From NCBI GenBank assembly GCA_020350425.1, contig CP070716.1:2077373-2141372 (forward strand): DNA of 64,000 bases, in the 5' to 3' direction. Positions 56,215 to 64,000 of the stretch are shown piece by piece; the first letter of the stretch is position 1; every line of letters starts with the position of its first letter. The DNA is from Gemmatimonadota bacterium (lineage in GTDB: Bacteria; Gemmatimonadota; Gemmatimonadetes; Gemmatimonadales; GWC2-71-9). Made by a program: the position numbers and the translations under genes. The notes under the pieces are model-generated. The model worked only from the letters and a program-made list of their open reading frames with translations, made no database searches and was not told the origin of the DNA.

Positions 56215-57161
56215 GATGGCGACGTCGAGAGGTTCTCCGCCGCGATGCGGGCGTTTCGCGCCATGCCAGCCGGCCCGGGCCGCTCCAGCGCCGTCCACCC
56301 GTAGCGGCGCTGGAATTCTTCGTCGCTCAGCCGCTGCAGTTCGTCCAGGTCGAGGAACGCCAAGTCGGGATCGTGCCGCAGCGGCGCGTCGTCGGTCGGC
56401 GTCGCGAACTTGACGTTCCAGGGGCAGACCTCCTGGCACACGTCGCAGCCGAACACCCAATCTCCCATCAGGGGCGCCAGGTCGGGGGCGATCTCACCAC
56501 GATGCTCGATCGTCAGATACGAGATGCATCTGCGGCTGTCCAACAAGCGGGGCTCGGGGAAGGCGTCGGTGGGGCACGCGTCGAGGCAGCGGGTGCAGCT
56601 GCCGCACCGGTCCTCCTCGAACGGGGGGTCCACGGCGAGCTCCAGATTGGTGAACACGCTGGCGAGGAAGAAGAGCGAGCCTCGTGCCGGGTCGATCAGC
56701 ATGGTGTTCTTCCCGATCCAGCCGAGACCCGCGCGCTGGGCCAATTCCCGCTCCGGTACGGGCCCGGCATCCACAAAGGCCTTGGCAACCGTGTCGCCAC
56801 TGCCGAGTGACCGAAGGTAGGTGACGAGCTGGTCGAGCGGGCTTCGGAGCGCCGTATGGTAGTCCGGCCCCTGCGCGTAGCGCGCCACGCGCCCGGCGCC
56901 CGTGCGTTCGGGCACCGCAGGGCGGCCGTAGTTTCTGGAGAGCACGACGACTCGGGTGGCACCGGGGACGATGGAAGCCGGCTCGCTGCGCCGCGACGCC
57001 TGCCGCTGCATGTAGTGCATCGTGCCGGCAAGGCCGGCGGCGAGCCAGCGCTCGAGTTGCGCTTTGTGGGGAACGGGTGAGAGGTCGGCCACGCCCACCG
57101 TGTCGAATCCCAGCGCCCGAGCGCGCTCCCTCACCAGGTGCGCCCGCCGCTCGGGTGTCAC
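56211..57161 (-). CDS. queG: epoxyqueuosine reductase QueG
   Basis: GTG 57161 (VTPERRAHLVRERARALGFDTVGVADL). Motifs: YAQGPDYH, GLGWIGKNTMLI, ferredoxin-like CGSCTRCLDACPT and CDVCQEVCPWN. The upstream part of the 441-aa track ORF looks spurious. Confidence 0.88.
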   Translation of the reverse strand: MTPERRAHLVRERARALGFDTVGVADLSPVPHKAQLERWLAAGLAGTMHYMQRQASRRSEPASIVPGATRVVVLSRNYGRPAVPERTGAGRVARYAQGPDYHTALRSPLDQLVTYLRSLGSGDTVAKAFVDAGPVPERELAQRAGLGWIGKNTMLIDPARGSLFFLASVFTNLELAVDPPFEEDRCGSCTRCLDACPTDAFPEPRLLDSRRCISYLTIEHRGEIAPDLAPLMGDWVFGCDVCQEVCPWNVKFATPTDDAPLRHDPDLAFLDLDELQRLSDEEFQRRYGWTALERPGPAGMARNARIAAENLSTSPS

Positions 57162-57451
57162 AGGTGCATGACCTCCCGGCGCCAGCGCGCGAACCTGATG
57201 ACGTCGCCGGGCGGGGGGACCGCCTCCTCGTCGCCGTAGGCGGTGTGCATTCTCCAGCGGAGGTACGCGCGTGGTGGCACGGGGAGGAAAGGAAAGCGCC
57301 GATACCAGTGCCGAGCCCGGAAGGCCCACGCCGTGCGCAAGAGGTCCAGCGCGAGACGCGGGTTGACCGCAGCGCGTGCCCCGAGAACGAGGGTTAGCTT
57401 GAGCCAACTGCCTCTCAGCGAGGGTGAGCCTCCATGACCGTGGTTCTGCAA
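57158..57451 (-). CDS. hypothetical small protein
   Basis: 97 codons from TTG 57451. LLRTAWAFRARHWYRRFPFLPVPPRAYLRWRMHTAYGDEE. The stop overlaps the queG GTG (GTGA). The start is uncertain. Confidence 0.35.
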   Translation of the reverse strand: MQNHGHGGSPSLRGSWLKLTLVLGARAAVNPRLALDLLRTAWAFRARHWYRRFPFLPVPPRAYLRWRMHTAYGDEEAVPPPGDVIRFARWRREVMHL

Positions 57452-57694
57452 ATCGTCTCTCTCGTGGGCGCGGGCCTGATTCTCGTCGCCTTCGTCGCGC
57501 TGCAGCAGCGCCGGTGGTCCAGCGCGGGTGCCGCATACCTCTGGTGTAATCTAGTTGGCGCCCTCGTCCTCACGGCGGTGGCCGTCGTCGACCGCCGCGC
57601 CGGCTTCATTGTCCTGGAGGGTGTCTGGGCTGCTGTGAGCCTCGTGTCGATCGTGCGCGGGTCACCGATGGCGCCGGACCGATCGACTCCCTGA
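57434..57694 (+). CDS. small 3-TM membrane protein (CBU_0592-like)
   Basis: 86 aa with three hydrophobic helices: VVLQIVSLVGAGLILVAFVAL, YLWCNLVGALVLTAVAVV, FIVLEGVWAAVSLVSIV. Confidence 0.55.
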   Translation: MTVVLQIVSLVGAGLILVAFVALQQRRWSSAGAAYLWCNLVGALVLTAVAVVDRRAGFIVLEGVWAAVSLVSIVRGSPMAPDRSTP

Positions 57695-57718
57695 CCCCCA
57701 CTATACGTTACTTGTATA

Positions 57719-58879
57719 TTGGCGCCTATGGCTCTCGCAAGCACCGTGGCCGCACACCCGCTCGCGCACTACCGCTCCGAGTTTCCCATCTTCGAGCGAC
57801 AGGTGTACCTGAACTCGTGCTCGCTCGGCGCGCTCTCGACCCGCTCGCGCGCGAGCATCGAGGAGTTTCTGGCGCAGTGGGACGCGCGGGGTGCGGCGGC
57901 CTGGTACGACGTGTGGTGGGAATCGCTCAGCCGGCTCCGCGACGGGTATGCCCGCGCGATCGGGGCCCGGCCGGGGGAGATCGCGCTGCACGCGTCGGTA
58001 TCCACCGCTTCCGCGGTTCTCGCGGGTGCGCTGGACTACACGGCGCGACCGAAGATCGTCACCACGGAGCTTGATTTCCCCACGGTCGCGTACCAGTGGC
58101 TTGCCAAGCGAAGCAGCGGTGTGGAGGTCGAGGTCGTGGAGAGCCCCGACGGCGTCACGGTGCCCGTCGAGGCGCTGACGCGGGCGATCGACGAGCGCAC
58201 GGCACTCGTCGCAACCTCTCACGTGTTCTACACCACCGGCGCCATTCAGGACATTGGCGCGGTGGCCGAGGCCGCCCACGCGAAGGGTGCGCTCTGCTTC
58301 GTGGATGCGTACCAGAGCGTCGGCCAGCTGCCGCTCGACGTGCACGAGACCGGCGTTGATTTCCTGTGCGCAGGCGGGCTGAAGTGGCTGCTCGGTGGTC
58401 CGGGCATCGTATTCCTCTACGTGCGCGACGACCTGACACAGCGCTTCACCCCCACCGTCACCGGCTGGTTCGCCCATGCGCGTCAATTCGATTTCGACAG
58501 CCGCGCCATAGCGTGGCACGATGACGCGCGCCGCTTCGAGCAGGGGACGCCCTCGCTCGCTGCTGTGTACGCGCAGCTCGGGGGGCTCGATCTGATCCAC
58601 GAGATCGGCGTGCCCCGGATCCGTGACGTGACCCGGGCGCTGACCGAGGACCTGATCGCACGCGCTCTTGAAGCCGGGCTCGCTCCGAAGGTGGCCTCGG
58701 CTCCCGACGACCGGACCGCCATTGTGATGATCCCCAGTGGGGATCCGGCGGCGGCCGTCGCCCGGCTGGCGCGCGAGCGTGTGGTGGCCGATGCCCGACC
58801 GGGGCACGTACGCCTCAGTCCCTACTTCTACAACCTGACTGACGACAATGTCCAAGCGATCGAGATCCTCAGCGCGTGA
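57719..58879 (+). CDS. class V aminotransferase-fold PLP-dependent enzyme (cysteine desulfurase/kynureninase-like)
   Basis: 386 aa. VYLNSCSLGA, VATSHVFYTTGAIQDI, FVDAYQSVGQLPLDV, CAGGLKWLLGGPG. Confidence 0.8.
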   Translation: MAPMALASTVAAHPLAHYRSEFPIFERQVYLNSCSLGALSTRSRASIEEFLAQWDARGAAAWYDVWWESLSRLRDGYARAIGARPGEIALHASVSTASAVLAGALDYTARPKIVTTELDFPTVAYQWLAKRSSGVEVEVVESPDGVTVPVEALTRAIDERTALVATSHVFYTTGAIQDIGAVAEAAHAKGALCFVDAYQSVGQLPLDVHETGVDFLCAGGLKWLLGGPGIVFLYVRDDLTQRFTPTVTGWFAHARQFDFDSRAIAWHDDARRFEQGTPSLAAVYAQLGGLDLIHEIGVPRIRDVTRALTEDLIARALEAGLAPKVASAPDDRTAIVMIPSGDPAAAVARLARERVVADARPGHVRLSPYFYNLTDDNVQAIEILSA

Positions 58880-59600
58880 CGCATTGGGGCGCCCGCGCCC
58901 CTCCGTCACCGCCGACGAACAGCTCTTCACGTCGCCCGTTGATCCGGCTGCCGCCGCGTTCACGCAGACCGATCCGTGGCGCGCCCTGCGCATCCTCGGA
59001 GAGTTCGTGGAGGGATTCGACGAGCTCGCCGACGTGGGAGCGTGCGTCACGATCTTCGGGTCGGCTCGCGCGAAGCCTGAGGACGCAACGTATGAGCTGG
59101 CCAGGCAGACGGCGCGCCTTCTGGGTGAACAGGGCTTCGCGATCATGACGGGCGCCGGACCGGGGATCATGGAGGCGGCAAACCGGGGCGCGCGGGAATC
59201 GGGCACGCTCTCCATCGGGCTCAACATCGAGCTGCCGCTGGAGCAGGGAGCCAACGAGTACCTGGACCGAGTGGTGAATTTCCGCTACTTCTTCGTGCGC
59301 AAGACGATGCTGGCCAAGTACTCTCTGGCGTTCGTCTGCTTTCCGGGCGGGTTTGGCACGATGGACGAGATGTTCGAGTCGCTGACGCTGATCCAGACCG
59401 GCAAGATCCGTGACATGCCGGTCGTGCTCGTGGGGAGCGAGTACTGGGGCGGCCTGATCGACTGGCTGCGAGAGCGAGTGGTGCGGGAGGGAAAGATCTC
59501 GCCTGAGGATCTCGGTCTGTATCACCTCACGGATGAGCCAGCGGAGGTCGTCCGGATCATCAGCGAGGCCAAAGCGCGCATGGAGGCGCAGCCGGCTTGA
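58848..59600 (+). CDS. LOG family protein (TIGR00730; nucleotide 5'-monophosphate phosphoribohydrolase)
   Basis: [30 protein letters not shown], and the hallmark [12 protein letters not shown]. The start may be downstream of 58848, which overlaps the preceding gene by 32 nt. Confidence 0.85.
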   Translation: MSKRSRSSARDALGRPRPSVTADEQLFTSPVDPAAAAFTQTDPWRALRILGEFVEGFDELADVGACVTIFGSARAKPEDATYELARQTARLLGEQGFAIMTGAGPGIMEAANRGARESGTLSIGLNIELPLEQGANEYLDRVVNFRYFFVRKTMLAKYSLAFVCFPGGFGTMDEMFESLTLIQTGKIRDMPVVLVGSEYWGGLIDWLRERVVREGKISPEDLGLYHLTDEPAEVVRIISEAKARMEAQPA

Positions 59601-60781
59601 CGCGCCGCGCCAGAGAGGATGGTGAGATGAACGACCACAAGCGTCAGCTCCTCGGAGGCAAGAAGATCGCGCCACGCCCGCTGCAGGGGGGCGAGACCGT
59701 GGCCGACCTCATCGACAACGCGTTCCTGGCCTACAATGCGGGCCGCCTGCGGGAGGGGTGCCAGCTCTTCACGGAGCGGATGCTGGCCGAGGACGCGACC
59801 GTTGGCATGAGCCTGACGGGCGCGATGACCCCTGCAGGGCTGGGGATGTCGACGGTGATTCCGCTGGTCGAGGCCGGCTTCATCGACTGGATCGTCTCGA
59901 CGGGCGCGAACCTCTATCACGACGCCCACTTCGCGCTCGGGTACTCGCTGCACCGCGGGAGCCCGTTCGCGGACGACGTGGATTTGCGGGAGCACGGTGT
60001 GGTGCGGATCTACGACGTCTACGTGGATTACGGTGCCTTGCTCAGGACCGACGAGTTCGTACGAAAGGTGTCCAAGAACGACGAGTTCCAGCGGCCCATG
60101 AGCAGCGCCGAGTACCACTATCTACTGGGGAAATACCTCAAGGAGCGAGAGCGGGCGTTGGGGTTGAAGTACAAGTCCTTGCTCACGGTGGCGCATGAGC
60201 GCGGTGTGCCCATCTACACGTCTTCGCCGGGAGACTCGTCGATCGGCATGAACGTGGCGGAGCTCGCGCTGGACGGTCACAAGCTCACGTACGACGTCTC
60301 GGCGGACGTCAACGAGACCGCCGCCATCGTGCTCGACGCGAAGCGGGGCGGAGGGAAGAGCGGCGTCCTCATCATCGGCGGTGGCAGCCCCAAGAACTTC
60401 GTGCTCCAGACGGAGCCACAGATCCAGGAGGTGCTGGGGATCGAGGAGGTGGGGCACGACTACTTCCTGCAGATCACCGACGCGCGTCCCGACACGGGCG
60501 GACTCTCCGGGGCCACGCCGGCCGAGGCGGTGAGTTGGGGAAAGGTGGATCCCAACCGTCTACCCGACGCCGTGGTCTGCTACTGCGACGGCACGGTGGG
60601 CTTCCCACTCCTCGCCTCCTACGCGCTGGCCCGGCGGGAAGCGCGCCCGCACAAGCGCCTGTACGACCGGCGTGCCGAGCTCATGGACCGCCTCCGGCAG
60701 GCGTACCGGCAGGCCCGGAAGTTCCGGGACGAGCGGGTGGAGGCGTGGGAACTCCCGACCGTGGACGCCACCGACAGCTAG
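59597..60781 (+). CDS. deoxyhypusine synthase family protein (homospermidine synthase-like)
   Basis: 394 aa. [52 protein letters not shown]. The start overlaps the LOG stop. An alternative ATG is at 59627. Confidence 0.8.
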   Translation: MTRRAREDGEMNDHKRQLLGGKKIAPRPLQGGETVADLIDNAFLAYNAGRLREGCQLFTERMLAEDATVGMSLTGAMTPAGLGMSTVIPLVEAGFIDWIVSTGANLYHDAHFALGYSLHRGSPFADDVDLREHGVVRIYDVYVDYGALLRTDEFVRKVSKNDEFQRPMSSAEYHYLLGKYLKERERALGLKYKSLLTVAHERGVPIYTSSPGDSSIGMNVAELALDGHKLTYDVSADVNETAAIVLDAKRGGGKSGVLIIGGGSPKNFVLQTEPQIQEVLGIEEVGHDYFLQITDARPDTGGLSGATPAEAVSWGKVDPNRLPDAVVCYCDGTVGFPLLASYALARREARPHKRLYDRRAELMDRLRQAYRQARKFRDERVEAWELPTVDATDS

Positions 60782-62448
60782 CCTTCCGCCTGGCCCCAGA
60801 CGTCCTCGCGGAAGGCAACGCTCCTGGCGACCTCGAACCGGTACGCGTCGAGCTCGGCGTTCCTCCGTGCGTCATCCCATCCCATCTCCTGCGTCGCGAG
60901 CTGCGCCACGTCCGGGGCCCGCTCGAGGGTCTGATCCGGTGCCACATAGAACAGGTGCGTGCGGCGGATGAGCAGGTCACCGAGAGTAATGGCCATCTCG
61001 CGACGCATCGCGTGCACCAATTCCGCCCAGATGGTCGCGTGGCCGGGGACGATCGCCTCGGCCATGGCCGGCTCGGACCCGGCGAGGCGGGCAACGGCGG
61101 CGGTCTCGCTCCCGTAGGTGTGGACCAGGTGCGTCGCCACCGTACGGTGCAGCCCTTCGGCCTCGGTGGAGTCGATCAACAGGTCCAGGTCGCGCATCTC
61201 GCCGCCCGGGAGGGGGAGTTTGTGGGTGCGCGCCCGCGGCGGCAGTGGCCGGCCGTCGAGCTCACGCAGCCGCTTACAGACGAGGTCGACCACCTGTGCG
61301 GCCATCTTGCGGTACGTGGTGAGCTTGCCTCCAACGATGGAGATGAGCCCGGTCCCGCCCTCGAGAATCGCGTGCTCGCGTGAGACGGCCCGCGGGTCCT
61401 CCGATTCGGCCTGCCGCAGCAGCGGGCGTACGCCAGCCCAGGTCGCCAGCACGTCGTCGAAGGTGAGTCGCGCCTCGGGGAAGTGGGCGTTGACCGAGCG
61501 GAGCAGGTAGATCACGTCGTCTGCGTCGGCGCGTACCTCGTCGGGCCGGTGCGCGCACTCCGTCTCCGTGGTGCCGACGTAGGTGATGCTCCCCCAGGGG
61601 ACCATGAACATCACGCGGCCATCGATGGGCGAGGTGAGAATGAGGGCTTCGTGGTTGCCGAGGCGCCGTCTGGACACGACCACGTGGGCTCCCTTGGTGC
61701 AGTGGAGCACCGGTCGCTCGCCCTCGGACGCACGCAGCTCGTCGGACCACGGGCCGGTGGCGTTCACGACCGTAAGGGCACGGATCGCGTGCCGCACTCC
61801 GGTCACAAGGTCGGTGACGTGGGCCCCGCCGGTCCTCCCGTCGGCGGTTTCGAGGTGGTCCACCTGCGCGTAGTTGGCTGCCAGGGCCCCGTGCCGGGTG
61901 GCGTCCCTCACATTGGCGAGCGCCAGCCGTGCGTCGTCGCACTGGGCGTCGAAGTAGCGCGCCCCCCCCTTGAGGCCTTTCGAGCGAAGGCCCGGTTCGG
62001 CGCGGAGCATGGCCCGCTTGCCCAGCATCTCATGGCGGCGCACATTGCGGAACAGCGCCAGGAGATCGTAGAGCCATAACCCGGCCTCGACCTTCCACCG
62101 GGGGACGCGGCTTCCCCGGTGCACCGGGAAGAGGAAGGAACGCGGCCACACGAGGTGGGGTGCTATCTTTTGGAGGATGCGGCGCTCGCGGCTCGCTTCG
62201 AACACCAGACGCAGGTGCCCATGCTCGAGATACCGCAGCCCGCCGTGCACGAGCCGCGAAGAACGGGAGCTGGTTCCGCTCCCGAAGTCGCCTTTGTCGA
62301 CGATGGCAGTGCGAATTCCACGCATCGCAGCGTCACGGGCGATACCGGCGCCGGTCACCCCACCGCCGATGATCAGGAGGTCGACGGGCTCGGCGGCCAT
62401 TGCGTCGAGGTAAGCCGCCCGGGTCTCGAAAGAGAAGGGAGCGTCCAT
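60778..62448 (-). CDS. glpD: FAD-dependent glycerol-3-phosphate dehydrogenase
   Basis: ATG 62448 ([14 protein letters not shown]). [41 protein letters not shown]. 556 aa. Confidence 0.9.
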   Translation of the reverse strand: MDAPFSFETRAAYLDAMAAEPVDLLIIGGGVTGAGIARDAAMRGIRTAIVDKGDFGSGTSSRSSRLVHGGLRYLEHGHLRLVFEASRERRILQKIAPHLVWPRSFLFPVHRGSRVPRWKVEAGLWLYDLLALFRNVRRHEMLGKRAMLRAEPGLRSKGLKGGARYFDAQCDDARLALANVRDATRHGALAANYAQVDHLETADGRTGGAHVTDLVTGVRHAIRALTVVNATGPWSDELRASEGERPVLHCTKGAHVVVSRRRLGNHEALILTSPIDGRVMFMVPWGSITYVGTTETECAHRPDEVRADADDVIYLLRSVNAHFPEARLTFDDVLATWAGVRPLLRQAESEDPRAVSREHAILEGGTGLISIVGGKLTTYRKMAAQVVDLVCKRLRELDGRPLPPRARTHKLPLPGGEMRDLDLLIDSTEAEGLHRTVATHLVHTYGSETAAVARLAGSEPAMAEAIVPGHATIWAELVHAMRREMAITLGDLLIRRTHLFYVAPDQTLERAPDVAQLATQEMGWDDARRNAELDAYRFEVARSVAFREDVWGQAEG

Positions 62449-62452
62449 TAGC

Positions 62453-62995
62453 GTGTCAGCAGCCAGCGGTCGGGAAGTGCCGAGCACGTGGTTCCAGTGG
62501 CACGCCGGCATCGTCAAGAGCGGCGCGAGCATCCTGGATCTGGCGTGCGGCACCGGCACCCATGCCATCGCAGCCGCCGAGCGGGGCGCCAAGGTGATTG
62601 CGGTGGACATCGATCCCGAGCGGCTCGAAGCGGCTCAGAAGGCTGCCCAGAAAGCCGGCGTCACCGTCGAGTGGCTGCAGGCCGATCTCACGAGGGATCC
62701 GCTCCCCGACGGCCAGTTCGACGTCGTGATGTTGTTCAACTTTCTGGACCGGGCCCGGATGCCCCAGTTCCTCGAGGCGGTCAAGCCCGGTGGCTACTTC
62801 ATGTCGGAGACCTTCCTCGAGCAGCAGCGGGAGCTGGGATGGGGTCCGACTTCGGATGAGCACCTCCTGAAGTCCGGGGAGCTTTGTTCCCTCGTGAAGC
62901 CATTCGAGATCGTGCTGGCACGTGAGGTACTGGAGATTCTCGACGGGCGCACCAGAGCGGTCGCGAGCATCCTCGCCCAACGTCCGAGGGAATAG
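62453..62995 (+). CDS. class I SAM-dependent methyltransferase
   Basis: ILDLACGTGTHAIAAAERGAKVIAVDID. 180 aa with a GTG start. Confidence 0.75.
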   Translation: MSAASGREVPSTWFQWHAGIVKSGASILDLACGTGTHAIAAAERGAKVIAVDIDPERLEAAQKAAQKAGVTVEWLQADLTRDPLPDGQFDVVMLFNFLDRARMPQFLEAVKPGGYFMSETFLEQQRELGWGPTSDEHLLKSGELCSLVKPFEIVLAREVLEILDGRTRAVASILAQRPRE

Positions 62996-63077
62996 TGGTG
63001 TTTGGGGGCATCCGCCCACAAGGGTACCGCTGGTCCGGCGGTTGTTGCCCGGGTAGCTTTCGTTGACTTCCTCACTT

Positions 63078-64000
63078 ATGCACATGCACCAGGCCGGAAA
63101 CGGACGTCGGGTTGCGGTGGTAGCCGGGTGCCGCTCGCCCTTCTGCAAGTCGGCCACCGAGCTCAAGGATGTCTCGGCGGTAGACCTGGGCAAGCACGCG
63201 GTCGTCGAGCTGGTGCACCGGGCCAATCTCAGCGGCAAGCACGTCGACGAGATCTACTTCGGACAGGTCGTCCCCAGCGCGCTGACCCCGAACATCGCGC
63301 GTGAAGTGAGCCTCCTGCCCCAGTTCCCGGCCGACATCCCGGCAGCCTCGGTCAACCGCGCCTGCGCCTCGGCCAATACGGCGATCGCGCTCGGCCACGA
63401 CCAGATCGTGCTGGGGCACGCCGACGTGGTGATCGCGGGCGGCGCGGAGAGCCTCTCGGACATTCCGATCCTGCATTCCCGGCGCTTCTCCGAGCTGTTG
63501 GTCAACGTATCGAAGGCGAAGACGCCGGCGCAGCGCCTGAAGCTCCTCTCCGCGTTCCGCCCCAAGGACCTCATCCCCGTGAGCCCCGCGATTGCGGAGC
63601 CGTCCACCGGGGAGACGATGGGACAGTCGGCCGAGAAGATGGCCAAGATCAACGGCATCACCCGCGCGGCGCAGGACGAGTTCGCACTGCGCAGCCACCT
63701 GCTGGCCCACAAGGGCATGGAAGACGGACGTTTGGCGGCCGAGATCGCGCCGGTGTTCCTGCCGGAGTCGGGTGAGCCGGTGGAGCGGGACAACGGCGTG
63801 CGTGCCGATGCCAGCCTGGAGCAGATGGCGCAGCTCAAGCCGGTGTTCGACAAGAAGTACGGGACGGTGACCGCGGCGAACGCGTCGCCTCTCACTGACG
63901 GCGCCGCGGCCGTACTCCTGATGAGCGAGGAGGCTGCCCGCAGCCTTGGATATGAGCCGCTGGCGTTCATCAGGTCGTACGCGGTGGCGGCGCTCGATCC
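63078..64000 (+). CDS. acetyl-CoA C-acyltransferase (thiolase), 3' end outside window
   Basis: Not in the track because there is no stop in the window. ATG 63078 reads MHMHQAGNGRRVAVVAGCRSPFCK ... catalytic Cys context SVNRACASANTAIALG ... GETMGQSAEKMAK ... TAANASPLTDGAAAVLLMSEE. Confidence 0.9.
   Translation, partial: MHMHQAGNGRRVAVVAGCRSPFCKSATELKDVSAVDLGKHAVVELVHRANLSGKHVDEIYFGQVVPSALTPNIAREVSLLPQFPADIPAASVNRACASANTAIALGHDQIVLGHADVVIAGGAESLSDIPILHSRRFSELLVNVSKAKTPAQRLKLLSAFRPKDLIPVSPAIAEPSTGETMGQSAEKMAKINGITRAAQDEFALRSHLLAHKGMEDGRLAAEIAPVFLPESGEPVERDNGVRADASLEQMAQLKPVFDKKYGTVTAANASPLTDGAAAVLLMSEEAARSLGYEPLAFIRSYAVAALD

Overview
High-GC (roughly 68-70% by eye) bacterial chromosome segment covering the replication-origin neighbourhood. 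The gene content looks like Gemmatimonadota, but that is a weak inference. The minus strand carries rpmH-rnpA-yidD-yidC-mnmE. The plus strand carries dnaA-dnaN, and the 235-bp spacer between them is a DnaA-box plus AT-rich oriC candidate. About 42 kb further on lie mnmG, two parS sites, and a parA-parB-M23 peptidase-bactofilin operon. Two genes are missing from the ORF track: rpmH (53 aa) and a type-A RNase P RNA hidden under spurious ORFs. Other recognisable content includes a complete sufR-sufBCDSU-Rieske operon with a CAAC-N6-GTTG-type operator candidate, polA, slt, pyrE, rnd, def, queG, glpD, an MMPL transporter, secreted peptidases, an ABC-2 exporter, and a methyltransferase/GT2/GT-C glycosylation trio. 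I saw no transposases, integrases, phage genes, CRISPR arrays, tRNAs or recognisable defence systems, so this is mostly core chromosome. The least explained parts are listed here. (1) A four-gene operon of two paralogous membrane proteins, a winged-helix regulator and a lipoprotein beta-propeller. (2) A small-protein/lipoprotein/beta-barrel operon beside rnpB. (3) A coupled class-V PLP enzyme/LOG/deoxyhypusine-synthase-like trio. (4) A palindrome-dense AT-rich spacer holding a Shine-Dalgarno-led 34-codon ORF and a hairpin. (5) An apparently frameshifted small gene after queG. Many long track ORFs are antisense or alternate-frame shadows typical of high-GC DNA and were rejected. All family calls come from motif recognition by eye; no searches were run.
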